DNA from: Octopus sinensis
Taxonomy: Eukaryota
Reading direction: 5' to 3'
Assembly (NCBI RefSeq): GCF_006345805.1
Contig: NC_043003.1
Span: 44,392,001-44,456,000, forward strand
Length of the DNA stretch: 64,000 bases
Numbering within the stretch: the first letter of the stretch is position 1; every line of letters begins with the position of its first letter. Both the position numbers and the translations under genes were made by a program. The notes under the pieces were generated by a model. That model saw only the letters and a program-made list of their open reading frames with translations. It had not been told where the DNA came from and did no database searches. This document shows, one piece after another, positions 12,275-23,832 of this stretch.

Positions 12275-13830
12275 AATGTTCCAAGATATCTGTGTGAGCA
12301 CGGAAGATCTCTGTAAAATCAGTATTTGCAACCACTCCAATGACCTACAAGTTGTGTATTGGGTAGTATGGATGTGATTTCATCCTTTCCATCTATAGAC
12401 ATAGATTTTGCCTTGGAGAATGCACTGACATAATGTGTGAGAGTGAAGTAGAGTTCTCTGAATTCAACACGAAGGAACTATGCCTCCTGTTTAGACTAAG
12501 CTACAACAGTGACTATTTACACAACCATGACCTCAGTAGATTCTTCCCCACCAGGTCACAGAGGAGAAGACCACACACCATCACATCAGCAACGAAGAAA
12601 ATCGCCGGAAAGCATTGGATTGGCTAGACCATACCCACCCAAGACCCTGAGGACCATTATCAGGCGAAAGGAATGACTGCACATGCAATAGGGGCTAGTT
12701 TAAGAACAACAAACTATACATGGAAGATCAAGGTGGAGTCATTGTTGTCAGTATAGTTGGAGATGTGGCCGGCCTGTTCATGATTTCAGCAATCCTTAGC
12801 GAACGGTCCACAACTCTTCTGTTTTACAGTAGGTATGCAGATGACATTAATATCATGGTTAATATCAACGTTAATGTAGAAGCTAAGAGTGACATAATGG
12901 AGAACATCTAGGAATGTTCCCAGATGTCTGTGTGAGCACGGAATATCTCCTATGTAAAATCATAGACACCCCGTCCTTGACACTGAAATTTGGTTATAGA
13001 CTGTGAACAACAGTGTGCAGCTCTGCCACTCCTATTACATCAAACACTGTTCACAAGAACTCAGTTTTGTCACAGCCCATGAAAATTAGCATTTTGACAG
13101 CAGACTTCGTAAGGATAATGAACAATGTGTCCTCACTATGCAAATCCTGTGAATCGAATAAACGCATACAGAACTTCATTCACCGCACGCACTTCTCTGG
13201 ATATGATCAGAAAGATAGTGATCGAGTATACAGGGGTTCTAGAAAGAAGTGGTACCTGCCCCAGATGCAGAAGCAAAGACTCGAATAGGATGCAAAGACC
13301 TTGTTACAACGCAAACATGGTGAACACCTGGTATAAAATCGACAAATATCAAGGAGTGATGTTTGTAGAGGCCACAGCCCATGGAGAACTAGCCAGTAGG
13401 GTTTGGAAAGTACTGAAGGAGACCAAACCCAACAATAAGATTGTTGAAAGGCCAAGGAACTCCATCAGATCACAACTATGTAGGACGTACCCCTTTGAAA
13501 ATACCATATGCATCAGTGATAATTGCTTGGTATGTAGGATTAACTGTAGGACTAGAAATATAGTCTACATCACAAGATGCATAGAAGGTGCTTGTAAAGG
13601 GGAGACATTTAGAAACATTGCGGTTAGACTAAGTGAACATTTGAGACAATATGACGACAAAAAATGTCCTCCATACTCTACAAACATGCCAAGGGCCAAC
13701 ATGGAGGCAGTCTGGTTCATCATGACATCTGCATTTTATCCAAGCACCCACAGTTTCCAACACTCAGACAAATACAGGAGTACGTCCTCATAAATGAAAC
13801 ATCCCCAGTACTAAATATTAATTATACGTA
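12275..13830 (+). mobile_element. Degenerate Penelope-like element A (RT plus GIY-YIG remnants)
   Basis: ICVSTEDL; GSMDVISSFPSIDIDFA (RT motif A); GGVIVVSIVGDVAGLFM (motif B'); YSRYADD; FSGYDQK; VMFVEATAHGELA...KIVERP; C..C..NCRTRNIVY...GETFRN...RLSEH (GIY-YIG). Multiple stops, frameshifts and deletions. Confidence 0.85.
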
Positions 13831-14133
13831 GTAAATAATCATGCTGCAACACCCAATGTTTTTATATTTATATAGCTAGAATAGATAGTGGGCTGTTATG
13901 TAGATAAATGTATGTATGTGTGTTTATAAGTATATGCACGTCTATGTAGGCATATGAATATGAAAGTAAACAGATAGACATACAGACGGATAGGTACATA
14001 GTTTGTATGAACGGAGACGCACACATACACACACATAAAAACACACAAACATAAATATCCAGAATATATAAATATAAACGTTCGATGATAAGGCACAGAA
14101 AGAGAATGACACTCCTCTGACACAACAGTATAT

Positions 14134-14170
<37 letters not shown>

Positions 14171-14379
14171 TATGTGAAATAGAAAGATGAATAATCTTGT
14201 AGTAGATTAATCAAAAGTTTAACCGATACCTTAGTAGCAAAAATCACAGCAGTAAACAGCACGGTTGGAGGTACAACCATATGGTGTTGCAACCGTGCGT
14301 TGGTGCGGATAATTGAATTTAAAATATTATTGGTGAATTGAAGAAATGGAGCTGAACGCAGATTGAACAGAAATCGTTT

Positions 14380-14471
14380 TATTTCATTCTACACGTGTTT
14401 CGAAAGGCACAAATTACCAAAATCCGATTGAATAATGGGACCATATTGTGTCTTTCTCTTCAGGAAGAAAA
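14380..14471 (-). ncRNA. Minimal type I hammerhead ribozyme motif (left arm)
   Basis: Exact reverse complement of 18693-18784; CTGAAGA at 14463-14457; predicted cleavage after the A at 14390. Confidence 0.75.
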
Positions 14472-15055
14472 TAGGAAATCCGTTGGAAAAAACAAAACAG
14501 AACAGAGGCGGAGCAAAAACAAATCGAACTAGGCTCCTAAGAGCCCATGGCGAAACTGTTTATCAGTGTATGTTGAGAACCGGTGGCTGAAGAATTTAAC
14601 GGGTCAGGCATCGGTCAATCATGTGGGTGAGGGTGTGTAGATGTTCTTTGTGACCGAGAATAAAGTTCTGACTACTTAAGGAATATTGGATGTTTTATAA
14701 GGGGCGAGAAAAAATCTACTTAGAGACGTGGGTGTGTATACTGTTCTATATATGTGTGTGTTGGCGTAGGGGTAGAAAACATTTTTTGTGTACGTGTGTG
14801 CGTTTGATCGTTCGGCTGTCAGTGGCTACTGCAGTGAGAACCGTTGGGTGGCAGAAAAAAAAATATATATTATGTTTTATGTGTGTGTGTGTTCATCTAA
14901 GCCTGCCTTGTCAAGGAAACCCCCCGTTGTGAAAAAACCAAGCCCCGTTTATCTTACAGGAGTAATTCCCCTTGTAGTGGTTAATCGTAGATATCTTAAA
15001 GGCTATTTCAGAATTTGTTACCAAGGGCTATGGGTGCCGGTATTATTTATAAACG

Positions 15056-16860
15056 CTATTTAAAAGCCAGATAAGTGTAACGCCGCCAATGGGGGCATCG
15101 AAAAGCCGACTGTAAAAGCCCGTTTACCATCCGGCCTCTGGCAAACAAAATATGGAAGAGTTCGGAGACACAAAGGTTGCACTGCCTTCTGCCCCTATCA
15201 AATGGGAGGGCCACCGACAAAATTGACCATTCCAGCCTGTAGCTTAAGTTCGTATCCTTCAGTCGCCATATTAGCTTACTGAGTCCCGTGGTCTGGCGCT
15301 TGTTCATGTCCCGAAAAGTTGCGTAATGGTTGGAGACTCGCAAAGACAATCTTGAGGATGAGGCCCCTACATAAGTGAAGACATCTGAGTCCGTGTAAAC
15401 CTTGCATTGGTAGACGGCGTTTTTGATCTTGGAGTTCGCCGACGTGAATCTTATTCTGCTAGGATTAGTTTCTGAAATTAGAACTGCGTTCCTGTCACTA
15501 TATTCGTTCCGAGACCTGCAACCGCTTACTACTCTATTTTCCACTACGTCACTATTAACTAGAGGAATAACCCCTGATTCTCCACTATCTATCAGAGTGC
15601 TGTCATTGCTAGTGCCCGTGGTGCTGCTATTGCGGGAAATGATGCTGGGGATGCTATTGGGGCTCTCTACCCTACTCCCATTGTTACCGTCAACCACAAC
15701 ACCCCTATTTATAACTATACCCCAAGTGGGTACTCCCTGGCTGGAGCTGAGATTATGTGTCACTGTACTGGCTCTCATATCATTATTACTACTATAATTA
15801 TTCCTACTGAGCATTAAACCGGGAGCGGAAGAGGCCGTGCCTCCGGAAAAAGGTGATAGGGTCTTAGTAAGCAGCCTATTATTATGGAAGGCGATTATCT
15901 GGGCGAGGTTTTTAGTGTTGGAGAAAGCTATCCTAACTTTATGCGAGTTAACCGTGGAGTAATATTTGGAATTTCTGGGGATGTTATTGGCGATGGCTTG
16001 TCTAAACATGAGGGGGAGGTTAGTTCTAATCTGCTTACCAAAGGGGATTACAAACCATATATGCTTATTCCTATCAGTGTGATGGGTCGGGACGCCAGCT
16101 CTCGCATTCGGGTGGGTGATTCTCGGATGAATAACGGGTCTTGGGTTAGTGTAAGACCTCCCGGACCGATAATTATCCTTGTTCGCTAAATTAAATGCGG
16201 GAGCGACTACCTCGGCATCCGCCGCGCTCCCGTCCTTACTTAAATTGTTAATGTTATTATATACGGCCCTATCCTGATGACCGAATGATGGCATCGGAAG
16301 GGCCGGATCAATATAAATTACCTTCTGCCTATAACCGGCCTTGGATAGTGCGGCGTTATAAAATTCCGCTTTCTGCATAAAAATATCGGCACTGGCGGAC
16401 AAGCCAGACAATCTTAGAGAGATGTTTTTAACCAAATTGTCTGTTACGGTTTTGGCATGATTTGAGAAGACACTGACATACTTCAAATTAGTGGAAGGCT
16501 TATGGTAAGAGCAGTATGAGTCGCTATTAAGGTTAAGTGTAACGTCTAGGAAATTAGCCTTGGTGAGTTCATTATCAAAAACTATACTCATGCCCATTCT
16601 ATTAAAAAACCTAGCTAACCTGCTCTTAGTTTTCTGCACTATTCTGTTCGTGGTGTTTTGCAGGTAAAACAGACAATCGTCACGATACAGGCCGCCCGCG
16701 ATCTCCGGGAATTGGTCGGACAATTCGTAGAGAATATATATTCCGACCAATCGGCTATCTGCGCACTATCCGAACAACCCATAGGCACATCAAATTCATT
16801 GGGAGTATCTTTACGGATCCACAACTTATTATCAAACTTAATAAACGATTTCCTGGCATT
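15056..16860 (-). CDS. PLE-B RT palm/thumb plus GIY-YIG endonuclease; 564 codons open, one 1-nt frameshift near 16750, N-terminus missing
   Basis: ORF 15056-16750 is uninterrupted; the upstream frame NARKSFIKFDNKLWIRKDTPNEFDVPMGCSD continues RT homology to 16860. Confidence 0.85.
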
Positions 16861-18831
16861 CCTTCCGATGCCATCATTCGGTCATCAGGATAGGGCCGTA
16901 TATAATAACATTAACAATTTAAGTAAGGACGGGAGCGCGGCGGATGCCGGGTAGTCGCTCCCGCATTTAATTTAGCGAACAAGGATAATTATCGGTCCGG
17001 GAGGTCTTACACTAACCCAAGACCCGTTATTCATCCGAGAATCACCCACCCGAATGCGAGAGCTGGCGTCCCGACCCATCACACTGATAGGAATAAGCAT
17101 ATATGGTTTGTAATCCCCTTTGGTAAGCAGATTAGAACTAACCTCCCCCTCATGTTTAGACAAGCCATCGCCAATAACTTCCCCAGAAATTCCAAATATT
17201 ACTCCACGGTTAACTCGCATAAAGTTAGGATAGCTTTCTCCAACACTAAAAACCTCGCCCAGATAATCGCCTCCCATAATAATAGGCTGCTTACTAAGAC
17301 CCTATCACCTTTTCCGGAGGCACAACCTCTTCCGCTCCCGGTTTAATGCTCAGTAGGAATAATTATAGTAGTAATAATGATATGAGAGCCAGTACAGTGA
17401 CACATAATCTCAGCTCCAGCCAGGGAGTACCCACTTGGGGTATAGTTATAAATAGGGGTGTTGTGGTTGACGGCAAAAATGGGAGTAGGGTAGAGAGCCC
17501 CAATAGCATCCCCAGCATCATTTCCCGCAATAGCAGCACCACGGGCACTAGCAATGACAGCACTCTGATAGATAGTGGAGAATCAGGGGTTATTCCTCTA
17601 GTTAATAGTGACGTAGTGGAAAATAGAGTAGTAAGCGGCTGCAGGTCTCGGAACGAATATAGTGACAGGAACGCAGTTCTAATTTCAGAAACTAATCCTA
17701 GCAGAATAAGATTCACGTCGGCGAACTCCAAGATCAAAAACGCCGTCTACCAATGCAAGGTTTACACGGACTCAGATGTCTTCACTTATGTAGGGGCCTC
17801 ATCCTCAAGATTGTCTTTGCGAGTCTCCAACCATTACGTAAGTTTTCGGGACATGAACAAGCGCCAGACCACGGGACTCAGTAAGCTAATATGGCGACTG
17901 AAGGATACGAACTTAAGCTACAGGCTGGAATGGTCAATTTTGTCGGTGGCCCTCCCATTTGATAGGGCAGAAGGCAGTGCAACCTTTGTGTCTCCGAACT
18001 CTTCCATATTTTGTTTGCCAGAGGCCGGATGGTAAACGGGCTTTTACAGTCGGCTTTTCGATGCCCCCATTGGCGGCGTTACACTTATCTGGCTTTTAAA
18101 TAGCGTTTATAAATAATACCGGCACCCATAGCCCTTGGTAACAAATTCTGAAATAGCCTTTAAGATATCTACGATTAACCACTGCAAGGGGAATTACTCC
18201 TGTAAGATAAACGGGGCTTGGTTTTTTCACAACGGGGGGTTTCCTTGACAAGGCAGGCTTAGATGAACACACACACACATAAAACATAATATATATATTT
18301 TTTTTTCTGCCACCCAACGGTTCTCACTGCAGTAGCCACTGACAGCCGAACGATCAAACGCACACACGTACACAAAAAATGTTTTCTACCCCTACGCCAA
18401 CACACACATATATAGAACAGTATACACACACACACGTCTCTAAGTAGATTTTTTCTCGCCCCTTATAAAACATCCAATATTCCTTAAGTAGTCAGAACTT
18501 TATTCTCGGTCACAAAGAACATCTACACACCCTCACCCACATGATTGACCGATGCCTGACCCGTTAAATTCTTCAGCCACCGGTTCTCAACATACACTGA
18601 TAAACAGTTTCGCCATGGGCTCTTAGGAGCCTAGTTCGATTTGTTTTTGCTCCGCCTCTGTTCTGTTTTTGTTTTTTCCAACGGATTTCCTATTTTCTTC
18701 CTGAAGAGAAAGACACAATATGGTCCCATTATTCAATCGGATTTTGGTAATTTGTGCCTTTCGAAACACGTGTAGAATGAAATAAAACGATTTCTGTTCA
18801 ATCTGCGTTCAGCTCCATTTCTTCAATTCAC

Positions 18832-18840
<9 letters not shown>
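16861..18840 (+). mobile_element. Inverted second copy of the PLE-B 3' ~2 kb, ending in (TA)n
   Basis: Reverse complement of 14324-16301; about a dozen substitutions and 1-nt indels seen; ORF pieces 17152-17346 and 17346-18035 match the left-arm protein. Confidence 0.95.
18693..18784 (+). ncRNA. Minimal type I hammerhead ribozyme motif (right arm)
   Basis: TTTC-TTC [stem I] CTGAAGA (18701-18707) GAAAGACAC...GTGCCTTTC [stem II] GAAA (18763-18766) C-ACGT-G [palindromic stem/loop III] TA, cleavage after 18774, then GAA-T-GAAA [stem I']. Confidence 0.75.
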
Positions 18841-18912
<72 letters not shown>

Positions 18913-19479
18913 GTATGTATATATGTCTGTATACACTCACTTATGTAATTACATACTCGAATATACATTCTATACTTTTGTGTAATAAGGGAAACATTTA
19001 TAATATGAAAAACAAAAATTATGTAGGGAACTCTGCAAAAGTAAATAGAGACCACGCAACACTTACACAGGAACTCACACAAATACACACACACATACAT
19101 GTATGTATGAGCATTAATGTATGCATATATGCACATATGTAGGTATATATGTATATATATATACATATATATATTAATGTGTATATATATATGTATATAT
19201 ATATATACATATATATATATATACGTGTGTGCGTATTTGATATATATATATATATGTTTGTATGCATATAACTGTATGTGTTTTTTAAGTATGCTACTCT
19301 GTGTATGCATCTCAATATGAAATGTATTTCATTTCATCAATGTTTGTCAAATGTAAATAATTAAGATTGCGGTTTCCATTACCAATTGAAGTAAATAAAA
19401 AAAGTAGACTATGTATGTATATATACATATATGTATATATATAAGTGTATATATATATTTACACACACCACAAACACAG

Positions 19480-19529
<50 letters not shown>

Positions 19530-19620
19530 TTATACATGTATATGCCGACATACCTCATGCTCACACAGACTCACACTTACACGCACACACACTCTCACAA
19601 ATATATTGTAGAAAATCCTA
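18837..19620. repeat. (TA)n and compound TA/CA microsatellite field
   Basis: Visible runs; the ORFs here are low-complexity artefacts. Confidence 0.85.
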
Positions 19621-19672
19621 TATGGCTGCTTTGTCCCTATTTGTTACCTCCTTTCAGATGAGTTTACAGATA

Positions 19673-19829
19673 TCAAACACAGATTACATGTTGCGATTTG
19701 TTAGATTTACATATGGACTTCCTGAATGAAGGAACATGATTACCATCCATGCTATTCTTGTTTACTTTAATTAGAACGCTGCTTATTTTATTTCTTGTTT
19801 CCCCGAGGGAATGGAAAGCATTCAGAGGT
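19673..19829 (-). CDS. Candidate exon of an unidentified minus-strand gene
   Basis: Acceptor GAGTTTTCATTCAG; phase-2 start joins in frame to the 68-nt candidate exon (R|PLNAFHSLGETRNKISSVLIK...). 3' boundary uncertain. Confidence 0.25.
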
Positions 19830-20339
19830 CTGAATGAAAACTCAAATCCCCACGTATACGGAAATATACTAATATCGTATATATAAACATACATGCACAT
19901 TTAGGTTTAGGTACAACTAAAATGAAACGCCAAAAGTTAAGAAGGAAATGCATGCGTCAATATTGAAAATATACGAGCATTCGCTTAAACCTACACACAC
20001 ATAGTCAAGATGTAGAGAAACAAGAAACCACGCAAGATTACACAAGCATGGACATACATACAAACAAACATAGACTCTGAAATCTCCACACTTCCAAAAC
20101 CACCCACGTGCATGGTGCATTAAGATGGCAACAACATTACATTAACAAGGAGATATCTTGCAGGGGCAACTACCATTCAAATGCAATTATACCTTAAAAC
20201 ACAAGTATAGAAATAGAAATTCACGGCTATGTATATATATATATGTAGATGTATGTGAGTGTGCATTTTGTGTACACAGAATACACACATACAGAAAAGG
20301 AACCAACTTAGAAGAAACCATGCATACTGAAAAAATTAC

Positions 20340-20407
20340 CGTGGCTGTATCAATTCCCAATAAGCTTGTTTTTGTTCGATCGCAGCCAACTGCTCATCGG
20401 TTAAGGT
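20340..20407 (-). CDS. Candidate 68-nt coding exon (TLTDEQLAAIEQKQAYWELIQP-R)
   Basis: Acceptor TTTGCTATTAATAG, donor CG|GTAATT; only one frame open; helix-like protein composition; no family recognised. Confidence 0.35.
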
Positions 20408-21009
20408 CTATTAATAGCAAACTTATGTTAATAATATGTATTATCAGTAGCATTTGATGGCTGTAAGGCGGTCCATTCGTCTAGTTATGTGCAGATCTAT
20501 GTATGTCTGAATGGTGAGAAGGTGACACATGTTTGAATTACCAGAGATGGATCTATAAGAATGGTTGGATAAATAGATGGATGGAGGTATGCACACAGGG
20601 AAGTGTTCGTGCGTTTTGTACAATGCTAATATTTACGTAGTCATTAGCCCTATACATACTGGTAAAATATAGATAAATAGGAAAAAAGAAATCATAAACA
20701 ATGGTCTCGAGCAACAAATTTGCACATGCTGTTTCAAAGCGCAAATTCCAGAGACACTCCCTCACAAATTTGCTATTGGCAATAGTATCTGAAACAAATG
20801 TAATTTTCGTAATTCTTGAATCGACTTGTAAGCCAATATAGATATATATTGGAATTTTGTCGATATAAGGTCGTGCATTAGATCATTTAAATCATTCATT
20901 CAAATAGCTCAGTCTTTTCACACAGTGCCAGTCTCATACTGCATACAAATTTACTTGACCGTACACGTCTGAAAGCATTAATTCAGGAGCAGGTAACTCT
21001 TTGTTAAGT

Positions 21010-21207
21010 CGGCGAGCTGGCAGAAAAATTAGCACGCTGGGCGAAATGCTTTGTGATATTTCGTCCGCCGCTGCGTTCTCAGTTTAAATTCCGCCGAGGT
21101 CGACTTTGCCTTTCATCTTTTCGGGGTCGATTAAACAAATACTAGCTATGCACTGGAGTCAATATAATCGACTTAATCCGTTTCTCTGTCCTTGTTTGTC
21201 CTCTCTG
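21010..21207 (+). mobile_element. tRNA-derived SINE (Octopus-type)
   Basis: GGCGAGCTGGCAGAA...degenerate B box CAGTTTAAATTCC...GAGGTCGACTTTGCCTTTCATC; homologous copies at 21558-21658 and 38410-38615. Confidence 0.8.
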
Positions 21208-21557
21208 AAAAAGGTAGCTCTTTGATCCACAAAATGATTAATCTTCGATAGACAAAGGATATTCTCCACATGCTGTGTGTATGTGTGTGTGTGCGTTCCC
21301 GCATTTACATGTTCCTATAATATCATGTATCATATTTTTATTTTATACATCTCAGATTATTGGCTGAAAATGTAAACATATTAAGCAGCTACCAATATGA
21401 CGTTTCACATCAATGCGGGTCTCTTCCACAAATTCATTTCAGTTAGTAAACAAAAGATGCCCATGTGAAGAAATAGAAATCGTCTCTGATAATTCATTTA
21501 AGAAGCTGTTTCTATATTTGGAATCTGAAATTACCCAGTTTAATATATTTGTTTTAA

Positions 21558-21658
21558 TAAGGCAAAATCGACCAAGGCAGAACTTGAACTCAGAATGTGA
21601 AGTCCGATTAACTGCCACCAAGCAGTTCGCCCGGCGTGCTAATGATTCTACCAGTTCT
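21558..21658 (-). mobile_element. SINE 5' fragment, same family as 21010-21207
   Basis: Reverse complement aligns to the SINE head including the B box GAGTTCAAGTTC. Confidence 0.7.
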
Positions 21659-22275
21659 ATGCCTTTCCTTATTTTAGTATATTGTTACGTTTTTAAACGC
21701 TGTTTTGTTTTGCAATTATGAATCTGAATATGCTCTCTAAATTTTGCCTGAGTAGAGAATCTTCGAATAGTATATATATAGAAGCTGGTATTCATTCGAA
21801 AAATGTTTATTTCTTATAAAAACTAATATATACTTCCATGAATCACATAAATGAAAGGGAAAAGTCCCATTTATAAAGTCATAGGCGTTTCTCTAAGATA
21901 TGTTTTATTCCTAATATTTATCTGTCGAAATGTTTAACCAGCTACGATTAAACAATAATGAGTTTTCTATTAATTTTTGTGCGTTCTAAATTATGGTCAT
22001 TTTGTTTATGTTCTTGATAAGGTTGCTTTACTACCACGTTATTTTGACTTTCATTTTTAAAGGTAGCTATATGCAACCTTATTTGGATCTCTCTTAGTTC
22101 TTCCCTAATTCACTTTTTTATATAATGGTGAGTTATTTCAAGATCACTGTTCCCCTTGTTGCTCTTGTACACTACAATCCAATTTGATAGGCTGCCATGT
22201 CAAAGTTAGTTTTATGCAGAAATTTTAAGATTCTTCTCCCGTTCAAAAGTACTTTGTGGCGATGGATTTTCAATG

Positions 22276-22276
<1 letters not shown>

Positions 22277-22350
<74 letters not shown>

Positions 22351-22359
22351 ATATATATA

Positions 22360-22391
<32 letters not shown>

Positions 22392-22460
22392 GTGCATATG
22401 TGTACATGCCTCCGTGTGTGTGTACTGAGTGACACAGAGAGAGAGACAGACGGACGGAGA
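22277..22460. repeat. (CA)n(TA)n compound microsatellite
   Basis: Visible runs. Confidence 0.9.
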
Positions 22461-23582
22461 CAAGAGAGGGACAGAACTAGGAAGGTGCCACAATATATCT
22501 CAAGTGTTTCGATGCATATTGAGTGGGTATACTCTTCTTTCATATAACCCTATATTTTCAGAAGGCAGTTATCAAGATACGACTTTAACAAAGACAGTTT
22601 TTCATTCATTGAATAGGTACACAATAGAAAATAATTAAAATTATTAGCTATATTGATACCATATAGCTTCCAGTCAGCTTCGGAATATCAGATGTATTAT
22701 CGGAGATATTCCATCTATATCCTTGACGCCATTTTATATGTATCAAGTATGGCAAAATACAAATTTTTCCTTCATTAATTAAATTCTTCCAATTTGATAT
22801 CATGTATGTGGTTTATATTTTAAGTAGAGTGAAAAGACTGTTACCCACATTTTTTTCCACTTCGATATAAAATTCTATTGTTAAAAGCAAGACATAAAAA
22901 ATTGGAAATATAACGTAGATGAAAACATAAATAAATATCAATTTTATTTCATATATATCGCAATTTTGTTAACAATGTCATCGTTCGTTACATACTTGAA
23001 ACTGAGCAAGCAAACACTGCAATGATAAGGTATTGCATATTCAACTTAAAGAGAAAAATAATACATAACATATTCCATTGGAAATCTCGTACTTATTAGA
23101 TTTCATGCTAACCTTTATATTTTGCTGATATACATGTACATACATAAATATATATAAATATAGATGCATCTGTAAACAAACATACAACAAACTTATACAG
23201 TATGCGTGACTAACGCGCTAAGCGCTAATCTTGAGAAGTTGCGCTAGGCTACACCAGAAAGAAAGTGTCTGATCAGGAAATTACTGGGAAAAGGTTTCCA
23301 ACACCCTTTTGAATTTTGCAAGACATTCATAAAGTGAAGCAATGTATACACCTGGATCGATGGCTGTCTGGCCATTTACAGATGTTTATGGGTGCATGGG
23401 TACATGCAGACGAATGTGCTTACGTGTGCACATACGTATATACATATATGGCTAAACGTCAACTCTATTGACGGTCACTGAAATCAAAAGAAAGATACTT
23501 GATTCGCGTCTAAGAAAATATTCGAAGTACAATATCAGGTAAAACGCCCCCCCCCGCTATCTCTCACCCACTCTCGCTCTCT

Positions 23583-23790
23583 CGCACGCACAGGCACGCA
23601 CACGCGCACGCACGCACACGCGCACGCACGCACACGCGCACGCACGCACACGCGTACGCACGCACACGCGCACGCACGCACACGCGCACGCACGCACACG
23701 CGCACGCACGTACACGCGCACGCACGCACACGCGCACGCACGCACACACGCACGCACGCACACGCGCACGCACACGCACGCACACGCGCA

Positions 23791-23830
<40 letters not shown>
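23583..23830. repeat. GCACGCACGCACACGC-type minisatellite merging into (CA)n
   Basis: 12-16 bp units, almost strictly alternating purine-pyrimidine. Confidence 0.9.

Positions 23831-23832
<2 letters not shown>

Larger units (their letters stand above)
14175..16860 (-). mobile_element. Penelope-like element B, 5'-truncated within RT, with full 3' UTR; ends in (TA)n
   Basis: FDVPMGCSDSAQIAD(L)VGIYIL, GGLYRDD, NFLDVTLNL, YHKP..SNH, HIWFVIPF, then VYQC..TYVG..RVSNH..LSKLIW.LKD..CNLC..CPH. (TA)n at 14129-14172. Confidence 0.92.

Noticed and set aside
12645-12680. CTGAGGA...CGAAA hammerhead-like spacing in PLE-A
   Set aside because: The stem II closing pair is mismatched, there is no stem III or stem I, and it lies inside RT remnants.
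14530-14572. Hammerhead-like CTAAGA-GCC(CAT)GGC-GAAA-CTG(TTTAT)CAG-TG antisense to the PLE 3' UTR
   Set aside because: The core lacks the G of CUGA, the triplet would be GUG (not efficiently cleaved), and stem I does not pair.
16273-16301. CTGATGA followed by a small hairpin at the inverted-repeat boundary
   Set aside because: No GAAA after stem II; it is antisense coding sequence.
18538-18605. Possible SECIS element in the PLE-B 3' UTR (AUGA...AAA hairpin), since some PLEs encode selenoproteins
   Set aside because: AUGA-to-AA spacing is ~21 nt, there is no clear tandem G.A quartet, and the visible ORF has no in-frame UGA.
20547-20557. 11-nt AG/GT-bounded segment between candidate exons
   Set aside because: Inclusion creates an immediate TGA; indistinguishable from chance.
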